The notes: generated from the letters alone by a model not told the origin. Numbered from the stretch's first letter, positions 20,898 to 32,145 are shown. The stretch: 64,000 nucleotides of DNA from Leptolyngbyaceae cyanobacterium (GCA_965263355.1 CBDHHL010000032.1:1568001-1632000); one strand, 5' to 3'. Numbers and translations are program-made.

Positions 20898-21353
20898 ATG
20901 GAAGCTGGGGGATTTAAATTTGAGCAGGATTTTATTGATTCGCTGCGCTGTATTCCTATGATTGTGCGGCTCAAGTTAGATACCTGTGGGGTCAAGCTCA
21001 CACTGAATCACTGGCATCAGTTCACCCAGGCTGAGCGGCAAGCATTGATGAGTATGTCGTGTGATTCTCAAGAAACCATCAGGGCTTATCAACAGTATCT
21101 ACAGGGACTGGTTACTCATTACACAGGACAGCCTGCTAAAGAGATAGAGGTGCCGACTCAGCTGCCTTGGGTAGAGTTGGCTGTTCCTGAGCAAGTACGG
21201 GTAAAGGCGGCAACCCATAATTTAGAAATTAGTCCCGATGCCTGGGGCTTGTTAACTCCAGCCCAGCGGTTTGCCTTGATTAAGCTCAGTCGGCCAAGCC
21301 ATGAAAATCGAAACTTTATGCCGGCGATGCAAGAATTTGGTCTTGCGGATTGA
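20898..21353 (+). CDS. narM: nitrate reductase-associated (maturation) protein
   Basis: F.FE.DF.DSLRCIPM.VR.KLDTCG.KL and QRFALIKLSRPSHENRNF. Confidence 0.88.
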   Translation: MEAGGFKFEQDFIDSLRCIPMIVRLKLDTCGVKLTLNHWHQFTQAERQALMSMSCDSQETIRAYQQYLQGLVTHYTGQPAKEIEVPTQLPWVELAVPEQVRVKAATHNLEISPDAWGLLTPAQRFALIKLSRPSHENRNFMPAMQEFGLAD

Positions 21354-21448
21354 AGGTTAGGGTTGAGTTTTAAAGTATCCGTGCTGCTAGTATCAATACC
21401 AGCGCAATCAATACCAGCGCAAACGTTGGTTTAGCTGTTTTGCTCCCT

Positions 21449-21997
21449 ATGAATAACCATTCACTCAACAACCAAGGTTATCAGGTCCCTAAACGAGTGG
21501 GGAAAGCCCGGCCAGCTAGGTTCCCATGGCTATTGTTGGTATCAGTACTAATGGCACATATCGGGGTTGGTCTGTTGCTATCGATATTTTCGCCCCCATT
21601 CTGGGTATGGCCGTTAGCCCTTGGGGGGACCTTTATCCAGACCCTGGCGTTAGCTGGTCCTACGGCCCTCTCGTCTTTTAAGGGGCTGCAAATTTTATTC
21701 TCTCGATTTTTGACCTGTTTAGGGGTGGGACTTTCAGTTGTAGCGTTGGCGATTGCGGTTGGGTTTGGGGGAACGGCTGATATTGATCAAATTCGCTTTA
21801 CTCAAACTGGCTCCGCTCTATTTTTTGTCAATCTAGGGGTTTTGCTGCTGACAGCGTTCTGTAGTTTGCTGATTGCTTATTTTGGTGACCATCTATTGGT
21901 TCGCATTGGACGGGCCCGCTGTAGTTTATCGGTTTTAAGTATTTGTTTTTTAGGTTTACTGGTTGGGGGCGCATTGGGGCTTGCGATCGCAAGCTAA
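21449..21997 (+). CDS. hypothetical multi-pass membrane protein
   Basis: About 5 hydrophobic segments. Confidence 0.65.
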   Translation: MNNHSLNNQGYQVPKRVGKARPARFPWLLLVSVLMAHIGVGLLLSIFSPPFWVWPLALGGTFIQTLALAGPTALSSFKGLQILFSRFLTCLGVGLSVVALAIAVGFGGTADIDQIRFTQTGSALFFVNLGVLLLTAFCSLLIAYFGDHLLVRIGRARCSLSVLSICFLGLLVGGALGLAIAS

Positions 21998-22054
21998 TAT
22001 CCCTAACCTGATTGTTCAGCTCAAAATGTTATTCGTTTCAGACAGACATTTTTG

Positions 22055-23623
22055 ATGGTATTAGCGATTGACTTTGGCACTAGTAATACAGTGCTCTGCC
22101 GGTGGAATGTGGCTACCCAGTCTGCTGAAGTTTTAGCATTGGATGCTATTGCCCAACGAGTTTCGGGACAAGCTTTGGTTCCTAGTCTGCTCTATGTGGA
22201 AGACGCCCAACAAGCTAACGTACTGATTGGTCAGCCTGTACGCGATCAGGGCTTAGATCGATCTGAACGATGCTTCAAAAATTTTAAGCGTGGTATTGGT
22301 ACTTCCATACAAGGGTTTATGCCGGATTTGGATGGTCGCACCCTCTCATTTGAGCAAGTGGGAGAATGGTTTTTAACCCAGGTAATTGAGCAGCTGAGAC
22401 AGCAGGAAGACCCCCTGGATGAGGTGGTTCTGACAGTTCCTGTTGATAGCTTTGAAACCTATCGTAACTGGTTAGGCCGTCTCTGTCAGAGTTGGCATGT
22501 TAACCGTGTGCGGATGATTGATGAACCCACGGCGGCGGCCTTAGGCTATGGCCTAACTGATAATCAAACGGTGCTGGTGATTGACTTTGGCGGTGGCACG
22601 TTAGATTTAGCCATTGTCCAACTGCGGGGGGGGCGTTCCCAAGGGTTGGGTTACATTCTCAAGTGGGGGCAGAAGGCCATGGGAGCGTCAGCTCAGAAGG
22701 TCTCGACGGCAAAGGTTTTGGCTAAAGCGGGGGAGAATCTAGGGGGCGCTGATATCGATCAATGGGTGGCTCAGTATCTGTGTGATCACTATGGAATTTC
22801 AGTATCACCGTTGACGCTTCGACTGGCAGAACAGCTTAAAATTCAGCTATCAACAGCGCTGAGTGCAAATGAAAGTTATTTTGACGATGAAACCTTTGAT
22901 AGCTACGACCTGACCTTAGAACGCGAGCAGTTTGAAACGGTGTTGCAAGAGCAGGGATTTTTTGAGCGTTTGGATAAACGGGTTACCGAGGTTTTGCAAC
23001 AGGGTCGTCGGCAGGGGATAGATATTGAAGATATCGATGCCGTATTGCTGGTGGGAGGAACGACTCAAATTCCTGCCATTCAAACCTGGGCCAAACGCCG
23101 ATTTGAGCAAACAAATTTATATTGCGATCGCCCCTTTACAGCCGTGTCAGCTGGAGCCCTCCAGCTCCAGCAGGTAAAACTGACAGATTTTCTGTATCAC
23201 GGTTATGGCATTCGATTTTGGGACAGACGCAATAATTGCCACGGTTGGCATCCCATTATTCCTCAAGGGCAACCCTATCCCATGACCCAACCGGTAGAAC
23301 TGGTCCTGGGAGCTTCCAGTGACAAACAGCCAAGCATTGAACTGATTATTGGTGAATTGGGTCAGCAGCAGGGGAGCACTGAGGTTTACTTTGAAGCGAA
23401 TCGTCTCGTTACTCGACAGACCCAAGCAGGCCAATCTATCGCTCAGCCATTAAATGATAAAGCCCCTAAAATTGCCAGCTTAAATCCTCCTGGAATGCCC
23501 GGTGAAGACCGGGTGAAGCTGAGTTTTACAGTTGATCAAAACCGATTGTTGAGAGTCACCGTAGAAGACATGCTCACCGCAGAAGTTCTAGCCACAAATC
23601 AGGCAGTGGTAGAACTTTCATAA
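22055..23623 (+). CDS. Hsp70-family (non-canonical DnaK-like) protein
   Basis: AIDFGTSN, DEPTAAALGYG, IDFGGGTLD, LGGADID, LVGGTTQIP. Confidence 0.92.
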   Translation: MVLAIDFGTSNTVLCRWNVATQSAEVLALDAIAQRVSGQALVPSLLYVEDAQQANVLIGQPVRDQGLDRSERCFKNFKRGIGTSIQGFMPDLDGRTLSFEQVGEWFLTQVIEQLRQQEDPLDEVVLTVPVDSFETYRNWLGRLCQSWHVNRVRMIDEPTAAALGYGLTDNQTVLVIDFGGGTLDLAIVQLRGGRSQGLGYILKWGQKAMGASAQKVSTAKVLAKAGENLGGADIDQWVAQYLCDHYGISVSPLTLRLAEQLKIQLSTALSANESYFDDETFDSYDLTLEREQFETVLQEQGFFERLDKRVTEVLQQGRRQGIDIEDIDAVLLVGGTTQIPAIQTWAKRRFEQTNLYCDRPFTAVSAGALQLQQVKLTDFLYHGYGIRFWDRRNNCHGWHPIIPQGQPYPMTQPVELVLGASSDKQPSIELIIGELGQQQGSTEVYFEANRLVTRQTQAGQSIAQPLNDKAPKIASLNPPGMPGEDRVKLSFTVDQNRLLRVTVEDMLTAEVLATNQAVVELS

Positions 23624-23644
23624 GTGCTGCTTTTATTGGCGCTC

Positions 23645-24241
23645 TTATTGGCCTTCTGCAGGAGCCCCCCCCTCCAGCCGCTGTCTTAATTCTTGACCAG
23701 CCTGTTCGGCTTCTGACTGGGTCTTGGTAATAATAAATGTTTGAGTGGCTAGCAGCACAATAATGAACAGAATTCCCGATAGGGTAAAGCTGAGCTTGGT
23801 GGATGGAATGCTCTGGCCCAGGGCATAGATTGCGATCGCAAATACAGCAGCCAAATAAATCTTTGACATCACTGGCATAGCCGATGCCGACCAACACAGA
23901 GCTACTAAAATCGCATTGAAATACAAGGTCAAAAGCCCCAGGTGAATCCGCCTGGCATAAATTTGTTGAGCCCGTTTACGGCTGCCAGCAGAGGGGAGTT
24001 TGAGCCGATTACTAACGGCATTGAGCCCATCAATCACTGTGTAAAATACAGGAATAATCAAGCTTGTCACCATTATCAGCTCTGGGGACGGAGCCTGCAG
24101 AGTTTGATTAATAGATTCTGACGATAATGCTAAAGTAACGGCCTGGTTAAATAAGAATGCCGCTGCTGCTGCTACCAGCACAATTAGCAGATCAACGCCT
24201 AAAACAGGGACAACCGGTATAGGGGCTGTGCGTGTCTTCAT
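23645..24241 (-). CDS. hypothetical membrane protein
   Basis: 198 aa, about 5 TM segments. Confidence 0.65.
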   Translation of the reverse strand: MKTRTAPIPVVPVLGVDLLIVLVAAAAAFLFNQAVTLALSSESINQTLQAPSPELIMVTSLIIPVFYTVIDGLNAVSNRLKLPSAGSRKRAQQIYARRIHLGLLTLYFNAILVALCWSASAMPVMSKIYLAAVFAIAIYALGQSIPSTKLSFTLSGILFIIVLLATQTFIITKTQSEAEQAGQELRQRLEGGAPAEGQ

Positions 24242-24409
24242 AGAGCAAATGTATTTCCTTGTGAAAAGCCTGTAAATTTGTACACCAAGTATATCTACGT
24301 ACAGCTACCGTGCCTCAGTGTCTAAATTATTCAGACCAACCGAGACCTAACAGATAGGTTAGGGATAAATTTAAACTAACATTACACCTTTTTTAAAGGA
24401 AATACTTTG

Positions 24410-26392
24410 ATGAGTCCAACTCCAGTTTCGAGTAATCAACAGCCGATTAATGTCACTGCTGACTCTAATATCCTGCCCGCCAAAAGACTCTCTTCGGCAG
24501 ATTCATCATCATGGACAATCGAAGATAGTGAAGAACTCTATCGAGTTAATGGTTGGGGAGAGCCGTATTTTTCCATAAATGCAGCGGGACATATGACGGT
24601 GTCACCTCGAGGCGATCGTGGAGGATCCTTGGACCTATACGAGTTGATTCAGTCGCTGCAGGCCCGCAACTTGTCTTTACCGATTCTTGTTCGTTTCTCC
24701 GACATTCTCGAAGATCGTCTCGAACGCCTGACGTCTTGCTTTGCTAAAGCCATTACGAAGTATGGTTATGACGGATGTTATCGTGGTGTTTTTCCGATCA
24801 AATCTAACCAGCAGCGTCATCTTGTAGAAGACTTGGTTAGATTTGGAGAACGTTATCAGTTTGGTTTAGAGGCTGGGAGCAAACCTGAATTGATGATCGC
24901 TCTAGCCATGTTGAAGACACCTGGAGCTTTGCTAGTCTGTAATGGGTATAAAGATCGGGCCTACCTTGAAACAGCCATGCTAGGGCAAAAGCTAGGTCAA
25001 CATCCCATCATTGTCTTGGAACAGTTGGATGAACTGCCTTTAGTGCTTGAAGTCAGTCAGTCATTGAATATTCAGCCCCGGTTAGGGGTGCGAGCTAAAC
25101 TTTGCACCAAAGGGATTGGTCGCTGGGCCGGCTCGGCAGGAGACCGAGCTAAATTTGGCCTAACAATTCCTGAGATTTTGACGGTGGTCGAACAGCTACG
25201 GACGGCTGGTATGTTGTCATGTTTGCAGCTGCTTCATTTTCACATTGGGTCTCAAGCATCATCCATTAGCATCATCAAAGATGCGCTGCGAGAGGCCTGC
25301 CAAATCTATGTAGAACTGGCTAAACTAGGGGCCAATATGCAGTATTTGGATGTAGGTGGTGGCTTAGGAGTGGACTACAACGGGTCTAAAACCAATGTAC
25401 CAGCCTCAAAAAATTACAGCATTCAAAATTACGCCAATGATGTTGTTGCAGAAGTCAAAGAAGCGTGTTCTGCAAGAAATTTGCCAATGCCGACCTTGGT
25501 TAGTGAAAGCGGTCGGGCTATTGCCTCTCATCAATCTGTATTAGTGTTTGATGTGCTGGGCAGTAGTGAGGTACGTCCCCAAGAGCCCTTTCAACCATCC
25601 GAGGCGGATCATGCCATTCTAAAAGAACTCTATGAGGCCTATCAAAGTATTAACCCTAAAAACTATCAAGAAGTTTTCCATGATGCCGAACAGTTTAAAG
25701 GGGAGGCCGTTAGTCTATTTAACTTTGGCTATCTGAGCTTAACTGAGCGAGCCCGTGTGGAGAATCTTTTTTGGGCCTGCTGCCAAAAGATCATTCAGGT
25801 ACTACATCAGGAAACCTATGTGCCCGATGACCTAGCTGAGTTAGAAAAGATGATGGCATCCATTTACTACATCAACCTATCGATTTTTCAATCGGCACCG
25901 GATAGCTGGGCGATTGGTCAGCTGTTTCCCATCATGCCCATTCACCGTCTGGAGAAAGAACCTACCTGTCGTGTTACCCTGGCGGACCTGACTTGTGACA
26001 GTGATGGCAAAATTGATCAATTTATTGATCGCCATGATGTCAAATCAGTGTTAGAACTCCATGATCTGAAAGCGGGAGATCGGTATTATCTAGGCATGTT
26101 CCTAACTGGTGCATATCAGGAAGTGATGGGAAATCTTCATAATCTCTTTGGCGATACCAATATGGTTCATATTCATCTCACTCCCCAGGGCTACACCATT
26201 GAACATGTGGTCAAAGGAGATACCATGAAAGAAGTCCTTAGTTACGTGCAGTATGACTCTGAGGATTTGGTCGAACAAATTCGGCGACGTTCGGAAGTGT
26301 CTTTGCGGGAAAAGCAGATTACCTTGTCTGAGGCTCAATTATTGTTGCAAAACTACGAAGAGAGCCTTAGCCGATACACCTATTTGTCCTAA
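24410..26392 (+). CDS. speA: biosynthetic arginine decarboxylase
   Basis: VFPIKSNQ, GLEAGSKPEL, HFHIGSQ, DVGGGLGVDY, SESGRA, DLTCDSDG, GAYQE.MGNLHNLFG. Confidence 0.97.
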   Translation: MSPTPVSSNQQPINVTADSNILPAKRLSSADSSSWTIEDSEELYRVNGWGEPYFSINAAGHMTVSPRGDRGGSLDLYELIQSLQARNLSLPILVRFSDILEDRLERLTSCFAKAITKYGYDGCYRGVFPIKSNQQRHLVEDLVRFGERYQFGLEAGSKPELMIALAMLKTPGALLVCNGYKDRAYLETAMLGQKLGQHPIIVLEQLDELPLVLEVSQSLNIQPRLGVRAKLCTKGIGRWAGSAGDRAKFGLTIPEILTVVEQLRTAGMLSCLQLLHFHIGSQASSISIIKDALREACQIYVELAKLGANMQYLDVGGGLGVDYNGSKTNVPASKNYSIQNYANDVVAEVKEACSARNLPMPTLVSESGRAIASHQSVLVFDVLGSSEVRPQEPFQPSEADHAILKELYEAYQSINPKNYQEVFHDAEQFKGEAVSLFNFGYLSLTERARVENLFWACCQKIIQVLHQETYVPDDLAELEKMMASIYYINLSIFQSAPDSWAIGQLFPIMPIHRLEKEPTCRVTLADLTCDSDGKIDQFIDRHDVKSVLELHDLKAGDRYYLGMFLTGAYQEVMGNLHNLFGDTNMVHIHLTPQGYTIEHVVKGDTMKEVLSYVQYDSEDLVEQIRRRSEVSLREKQITLSEAQLLLQNYEESLSRYTYLS

Positions 26393-26434
26393 AAATTTTG
26401 TAGGGACGTTCCATGGAACGTCCCTACAAAATTT
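26393..26434. repeat. 42-bp perfect palindrome, REP-like
   Basis: AAATTTTGTAGGGACGTTCCATGGAACGTCCCTACAAAATTT, filling the gap between the convergent speA and PP2C stops. Confidence 0.9.
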
Positions 26435-26436
26435 CT

Positions 26437-28341
26437 TTAAACCGATTGCAACTTGGAAAGATCCGGTTTAACCTTCAGTTTCACTACCAGGGCTGTAATA
26501 TTATCATGGCCATTTTGTTCGTTGGCCAGTTCAATTAAGTCGGCCACCCCCTCTTCGATCCCTTTATGTCCCCTAAGAATGGGCTCAATGTGGGTAGAGC
26601 AATGGGTTTCTAGCAATCTGTCATCACTCAGACCGTCGGAACACAGCAATAACAGCGTGTCTTCTGTAAGGTTTAGATAGTTAAAGCTAGGATCTAAAAC
26701 ATCTTCACCACAGGGACCAAGGGCCTGGGTAAGCTGGTAGGCATCTGGTCTAGCATAGGCAATGGCAGGTTCCACACCCCGTTTAATTTCTCTCTGGCCC
26801 ACTTCATGGTCAACGGTAATTTGTTGCAAACCCAATCGCTTAGTGTAGCGATATAGACGGCTATCGCCGACGTGGGCCGCCACGGCGTGAGTCCCTTTAA
26901 CCAGTAACATAACCAGCGTGGTACCCATGCGGGCACTACCGGTACGTTCCTCTAACTGATTTTTTTCATAGATAACTTGATTTGCTCGACTGATGGCCTG
27001 GCGTAGTTCTATTTCACTAGGGATATCTGTATGCCAATGACCATCGAGATAGTCCCGTAGGGTATCAACCGCTAGCTGACTGGCAACTTCACCACCAGAG
27101 TGGCCGCCCATGCCATCACACAGAATGTAGGCACACTTTGCATCTAAGGTCTGACTAGATAGGGTTTCCTGACGACTCAAAGCAGACTGAATAAAGTAGT
27201 TATCTTCATTGTGGTCCCGCTGTTGACCCACATGGGACTGGCCAGCGTCTTCCAGGCCCGTTAGCTTCATCGGTAACACCATGGTGGGTGAATCGATGCT
27301 ATCCATACCTGCATCGTCAGTCAGGTCGAGGTTTTCTAACCCTGGAATATCTAAATCTGCCAGGACATTGGCATCAGGAGAGGTTTCTGAGATGGCGAGG
27401 GCAATGTCTGTACCCAATTGGTATTTATCTGCGATCGCAACCAGAGCTTCCTTTAAATCGTCAATAACATCAAATTGCCCCTCAGTTACCTGGGCCGCAA
27501 GCTCTACAAGTTCACGTAAAGACTGCTTATTAGATTGGAGCAAAGACTGCCACAATAGCCCCATATCGGCCAAGCGATAGTCATTACGGTAGGGACCCAT
27601 CTCAATACATCTCAAACAGACGATTTGGTCCTCATCCATACATAGATTGCTAATGTTTAGCAAACTGCCCTGACCCTTAAAGACAGCCATGGCATCCCAA
27701 AGTTCAACCATGACATAAAAGCTATGCACCTGCTGTAATGGGTCTAACGTGGCCTGTTGCCAAACGCTAAGTAAATCTGGTAACTGTCGACGATCTTCAA
27801 TAATCAAGACACTATAGTCAGACTCAATCCAGGCCTGCTGCAGTTCTGGAATCGATGGGAAAAAACGACTATGGAGTGCTATGTAGGGATAGGCTATTAA
27901 AGGAAGGAGCTGCTTATCATCAGCTTTTCCAAGCGCAGTTAAGGCAAAATTATGACGCTGCTCTACCAAAGAGGACGCCATATCATTGGGCTTTGTATCT
28001 GTTACTTGAGCGTCCAATGGCTTTAGGCCGTCGGCACTCGGGGACAACTGATCAATCAACCGATACCGTTGCTGAGTACCCAACCAATCACCAGCTGCTC
28101 GAGAACCGAGCGTAGATGAAGCTATCGGAGTTACTGTATGGGCCGCTACCTGTTCCCAAATTTGTGGATCGCCGATGACGGACTGACTCATTTCAGGCAC
28201 TGGTGCTTCATCAACGACCAAAGCAACTGAGGGTTGTCCTGGAATAATCAGGGCTCTCCATACCTGTAGTGGTGACCCGCATGACTGGCAAAACTTATGC
28301 TCAGTAGGGTTATTAAATTGGCAATATGGGCAAATGATCAT
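26437..28341 (-). CDS. PP2C/PPM Ser/Thr phosphatase with N-terminal zinc ribbon
   Basis: CPYC...C..C ribbon; R.HNED, LCDGMGGH.GGEVAS, MGTT, HVGDSR, LLCSDGL, GHDNIT. Confidence 0.93.
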   Translation of the reverse strand: MIICPYCQFNNPTEHKFCQSCGSPLQVWRALIIPGQPSVALVVDEAPVPEMSQSVIGDPQIWEQVAAHTVTPIASSTLGSRAAGDWLGTQQRYRLIDQLSPSADGLKPLDAQVTDTKPNDMASSLVEQRHNFALTALGKADDKQLLPLIAYPYIALHSRFFPSIPELQQAWIESDYSVLIIEDRRQLPDLLSVWQQATLDPLQQVHSFYVMVELWDAMAVFKGQGSLLNISNLCMDEDQIVCLRCIEMGPYRNDYRLADMGLLWQSLLQSNKQSLRELVELAAQVTEGQFDVIDDLKEALVAIADKYQLGTDIALAISETSPDANVLADLDIPGLENLDLTDDAGMDSIDSPTMVLPMKLTGLEDAGQSHVGQQRDHNEDNYFIQSALSRQETLSSQTLDAKCAYILCDGMGGHSGGEVASQLAVDTLRDYLDGHWHTDIPSEIELRQAISRANQVIYEKNQLEERTGSARMGTTLVMLLVKGTHAVAAHVGDSRLYRYTKRLGLQQITVDHEVGQREIKRGVEPAIAYARPDAYQLTQALGPCGEDVLDPSFNYLNLTEDTLLLLCSDGLSDDRLLETHCSTHIEPILRGHKGIEEGVADLIELANEQNGHDNITALVVKLKVKPDLSKLQSV

Positions 28342-29131
28342 CAGTGGATGTAAGGGGGTCGTTGACAATGACCGCAGCTGAATAAAATTAAAGCGCTACT
28401 ATTGCTTGAATAAATCAACCCGCAAGCTGATAGATAAATCTCGTCTACATTCAGAACTTTAGTTTTTCTGTATGGTAAATTCAAGATTTTACTCTAAATC
28501 TAGTTGAATACATTTGCTTAAGAACATCTGATAAACAGCCCTAGACTTGTATAAACAACCTTAGACCCGTAATTAGTAACAGTGACATTGCCATAATCAA
28601 CTATTCCCAAAGTTAAAAATAGTCTTAGCGCCTAAAACCATTAAGTAGGGAACTTATAGTAGCTAAATACAGTTCAGCATAGCCGATAAGCAATCGGGGT
28701 ATTGATATAAACGTCATTAAAATTAAATTAATTGTAACGTCGTCTAGATTGAGGGCGAGAATGGTTCCTATGACGCCAGGAAAGTCTGTCATTGTGTTAA
28801 CTGACCTAACCTTCGCTGTTCATCATCGACTAGATAGCGTTACTGCCTAAGTTGTAGATTTCCAAATGTAGATCACAAATACTGACGTTTACAAGGCGCA
28901 GTTTAGGAAATTCAATAGATAGTGCAGCGTCAAAGCTAAAAATTCGGGTTAGATGTTAATAAAGAATACTAGCGTCAGCCATATTTCCAGGGCTACGGGG
29001 TAAAGAGTGGCCCTTCATTGTGAGGCCTGTAGACGAGCAATTAGCAGTGGAGCGCAGATATTTCTTGAAGCTGTATTGAGAAATAGTGAATTAAGTTAAG
29101 TCCCTAGATATGCTGAATAGATTCGATCAAC

Positions 29132-29467
29132 ATGAGTATTGGCAATATGATGAACAACGCCTCTAAGTATCGGTTTGTTTGCACGTTGACCTTTGGTGAC
29201 ATCTATGGCCAGATTATTGTCTGGCTAATTGTTCTATTTTTGAGTCTTGCATCTGCCCTCGCTCTTATGGGAGCTAGTCGTCCTATTTACGCGTTAGTTT
29301 GCGTAGGGCTGATTTTAGTGCTCTCACTTCCATTTCTACTTTTCGCTTTTGTGACGACGCTGATCAACCATATTGAATTTAGTGAAATAGAGGCTACTAC
29401 AGCGGCAGACAGCAAAAATCGATCGTTTAGCACTAGTCAACAAATGTCGAGTCAAACTGCATCCTAA
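29132..29467 (+). CDS. conserved small cyanobacterial membrane protein
   Basis: YRFVCTLTFGDIYGQIIVWL...PFLLFAFVTTL.NHI; 2 TM. Confidence 0.75.
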   Translation: MSIGNMMNNASKYRFVCTLTFGDIYGQIIVWLIVLFLSLASALALMGASRPIYALVCVGLILVLSLPFLLFAFVTTLINHIEFSEIEATTAADSKNRSFSTSQQMSSQTAS

Positions 29468-29490
29468 ATTCCAAGAGTTAAGGCCTTGGT

Positions 29491-30450
29491 TTAATTAGCC
29501 TCTGACTCAACTGGATTAGGAGCATCAGTTGGGTCAGGGGTCGGTACTTCAGGAATTGCTGGTATATCCGGTATGTCTGCAGGAACGTCAGTCGGAGCCT
29601 CGACCGGAGCAGTCTCGCTGGCTGCTGGCGGATTGGTAGGTGTCTGATTAATTAGTTGCTGGATACGATCCTTAAATTGTACTGGAGCTAAGGATAAAGC
29701 GCTTTCAAATAAGGGTTGGGCCTCATCCTGTTTGCCAATTTCTCGTAGAATCAGGCCTTTGGCCAATATTGGACGAAAATCGACCGTGCCGCCCAATGCC
29801 TGGGCATCTTGTATGGCGATATCGTAGGTTGCGATCGCATCATCATAGCGAGATTGCTCAGCATAAACCTGCCCTAGCAGGAGTTTGACCGCAATTACAT
29901 CGATAGTGCCCGGTTGAATTTTATTTGACTGCTCGGCTGTTTCAAGTGTGTCCTGCAGTAGACCAATAGCAGCTTGAGGTCGTTCTTGCTCCACTAGTAA
30001 CGCCACTAGCCCTTGCAATGCTGCCATATTGCCAGGGTTGGCTGTCAATATGCTGCGATAGGTTTGAGCAGCCCCTTCCAAATCATTGAGTTCTTGCTTT
30101 GTTTGGGCTAATAACACAGAATATCGTGGCTCTTGGGGGTTTAGCTCGGCCAGTCTGGATAGGGGTTCGGCAGCACCCGCTAAATCGCCCAACCCGATGC
30201 GAGCTTCCACTAACCCCTCAAGGGCGGCCTGGTTATCAGGCTCGCGTTCCAGCACTAGCTCATAACCGTTGGCACGACCTTCTAGTTCAGCTTGACGATC
30301 CGTACTCGTGGCCGTTGGCACACTGTCGTCATAACCAGGGTTTTGATCTAATGCTGCTTGAATAAGAGGACCAATTGAGACCGCTATTAGTGCAGCAACA
30401 GCTATGAATAAAATACCGCCAACTAACCAGCGATTGCGTTTGACAGCCAC
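29491..30450 (-). CDS. membrane-anchored TPR protein
   Basis: N-terminal TM, GYELVL.REPDN, TPR helices, DFRP.LAK, Pro-rich tail; GTG start behind a GAAGGAG RBS. Confidence 0.85.
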   Translation of the reverse strand: MAVKRNRWLVGGILFIAVAALIAVSIGPLIQAALDQNPGYDDSVPTATSTDRQAELEGRANGYELVLEREPDNQAALEGLVEARIGLGDLAGAAEPLSRLAELNPQEPRYSVLLAQTKQELNDLEGAAQTYRSILTANPGNMAALQGLVALLVEQERPQAAIGLLQDTLETAEQSNKIQPGTIDVIAVKLLLGQVYAEQSRYDDAIATYDIAIQDAQALGGTVDFRPILAKGLILREIGKQDEAQPLFESALSLAPVQFKDRIQQLINQTPTNPPAASETAPVEAPTDVPADIPDIPAIPEVPTPDPTDAPNPVESEAN

Positions 30451-31000
30451 AGGACTCCCCTCCTTCAAAGCAACTTGCCCATCTTAAACCCAAATGAGTC
30501 AGTACTGCTTAGCCATGGGCCTAACCTATGGGGATTGTTCGTACAGACATCTATTGACACTAAAATGCTTTAATCTAAGTCGAATAAAAATAGTAAATAT
30601 TTTCTTATGAACCACACTCATTAGCGCTACGCTGCGTCAAAGCATCGGTAACAAGTTCCCAACATTTGATTAGACAGAATATCCTTAAATTAAGCTGACA
30701 TCTGTCAAAATCTATGAATGGTAACGTAAAGCAACTATGGATTTACTTGGCCCAATTACCATTCAACCTATTTTTTTCAGATAGGCTTGGTTTATTAATC
30801 TAAAAACTGTTAGGTTCAACCAAACAGCAACCCGATTTCATTTTTATGACTTTTAGATAGATACAGATATAGCCCGATATAAGTAGTAGGTCAGCTATGG
30901 GTTTGCACATTCAAACCCATTAGCCCACCTCTAAATTAATTTAAACTGTTCAAACATTTTAAGTAAGCCGGTTTTCCTGATTGAGGAGGTTTCGAGATTG

Positions 31001-32068
31001 ATGAGTTCTGCAGACAGTCGCCCCCCTGAAATGCCCAATACTGCATCCGAGAACAAGCTGGATGTAAGCGCAGCTGCTGACTCGAATCGTCCTGCTCTCA
31101 AAAAACCACCTAGACGTCCTGTTAAGCCTGTTGCGCCTGTTGAAGAGAGCACATCGGTTAAGAATCCAGTTGCAGAGCAATTGGTGGCATTGAAGAAAGC
31201 CAACGCTCCTAAGCCTGAACCAGCGCCAGTCGAGAGCGTCGAGCCGGTTGCAATAGTCAGTGATGATGAACCCGAGTCTACTGAGCCTGAAGCCCCCCAA
31301 CCTAGGTTACAGCCTATTGCACCACCGAGTGAGCCCATGCAGTACAGGGCTATTGGTTTGCTAAAGGGGCGTTATGAACCCTCAGAAGAAACCTTTAATC
31401 GGGGCAGCATCATTAATCACGATGGCACTACCACTGCTGCTGTGCTTTTGGGCCGTACAACCAGTCTGGTTAAGAAGCACTTAGACCTGGAAAAGGAGCA
31501 CCTCTGGGTAGTTTATCCTCGGACTATTTTTCAAGACGATATTGGTATTGCTGTGCAAATCGTCGGTGTGTGGGAACCAGAAACCCTAGGCGATGATGAT
31601 GACGAGACCATCGAAGCGCCTGCGGGTGCAATTCAACCCGATTATTTCTCTATTCGTGGTGAGGTTGTGAAATATGATGAGCGGAAACAGGAAATCACGG
31701 TTAGCATTGTTCAGAAAATGCGTACTGGCAAGCAGCCTAAGCGCCCCTTTAAGCTATTAATTAATGGCAGCATTGCGGTTAAGACCATCGGCTATTTCTG
31801 GGATATGCATGTCAATCGGGAAGGAAACCAGTTTGTGTTGACGGATGGTAGCTATGTAGCGGCTGTTCCACCTAAGAAACGTTCCAAGAAAAAAATGGCT
31901 GGTGGTGGCCCTGGTAAACGGAAGCCAGCAAAGCGGTCTTCCCGTCCGAAGCCTAATTTAAATAATGATGATGGTATAAAAGCAGAAAAGCCAGCAGAAA
32001 AACCTAATGTTGTGGTTAAAGTTGGTGGTAGCAACCCTGATGTTGAGACAGATAGTCCTGAAAATTAA
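31001..32068 (+). CDS. conserved cyanobacterial hypothetical protein
   Basis: PIAPPSEPMQYRAIGL, HLWVVYPRT, QIVGVWEPETL, YFSIRGEV; GAGGAGG RBS. Confidence 0.75.
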   Translation: MSSADSRPPEMPNTASENKLDVSAAADSNRPALKKPPRRPVKPVAPVEESTSVKNPVAEQLVALKKANAPKPEPAPVESVEPVAIVSDDEPESTEPEAPQPRLQPIAPPSEPMQYRAIGLLKGRYEPSEETFNRGSIINHDGTTTAAVLLGRTTSLVKKHLDLEKEHLWVVYPRTIFQDDIGIAVQIVGVWEPETLGDDDDETIEAPAGAIQPDYFSIRGEVVKYDERKQEITVSIVQKMRTGKQPKRPFKLLINGSIAVKTIGYFWDMHVNREGNQFVLTDGSYVAAVPPKKRSKKKMAGGGPGKRKPAKRSSRPKPNLNNDDGIKAEKPAEKPNVVVKVGGSNPDVETDSPEN

Positions 32069-32145
32069 CATCGTTTTGATTAGTAGTCTCAACGAGTAGT
32101 ACGGCATCAAGCTTGAGTCGACTACTTGCTTTGTGTATTACTGCT

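Noticed and set aside
24289..24302. GTA-N8-TAC (NtcA-like) site upstream of speA
   Set aside because: A 6-bp pattern is expected many times by chance in 64 kb, and the nearest TAN3T is 20 nt away, short of the usual spacing of about 22.
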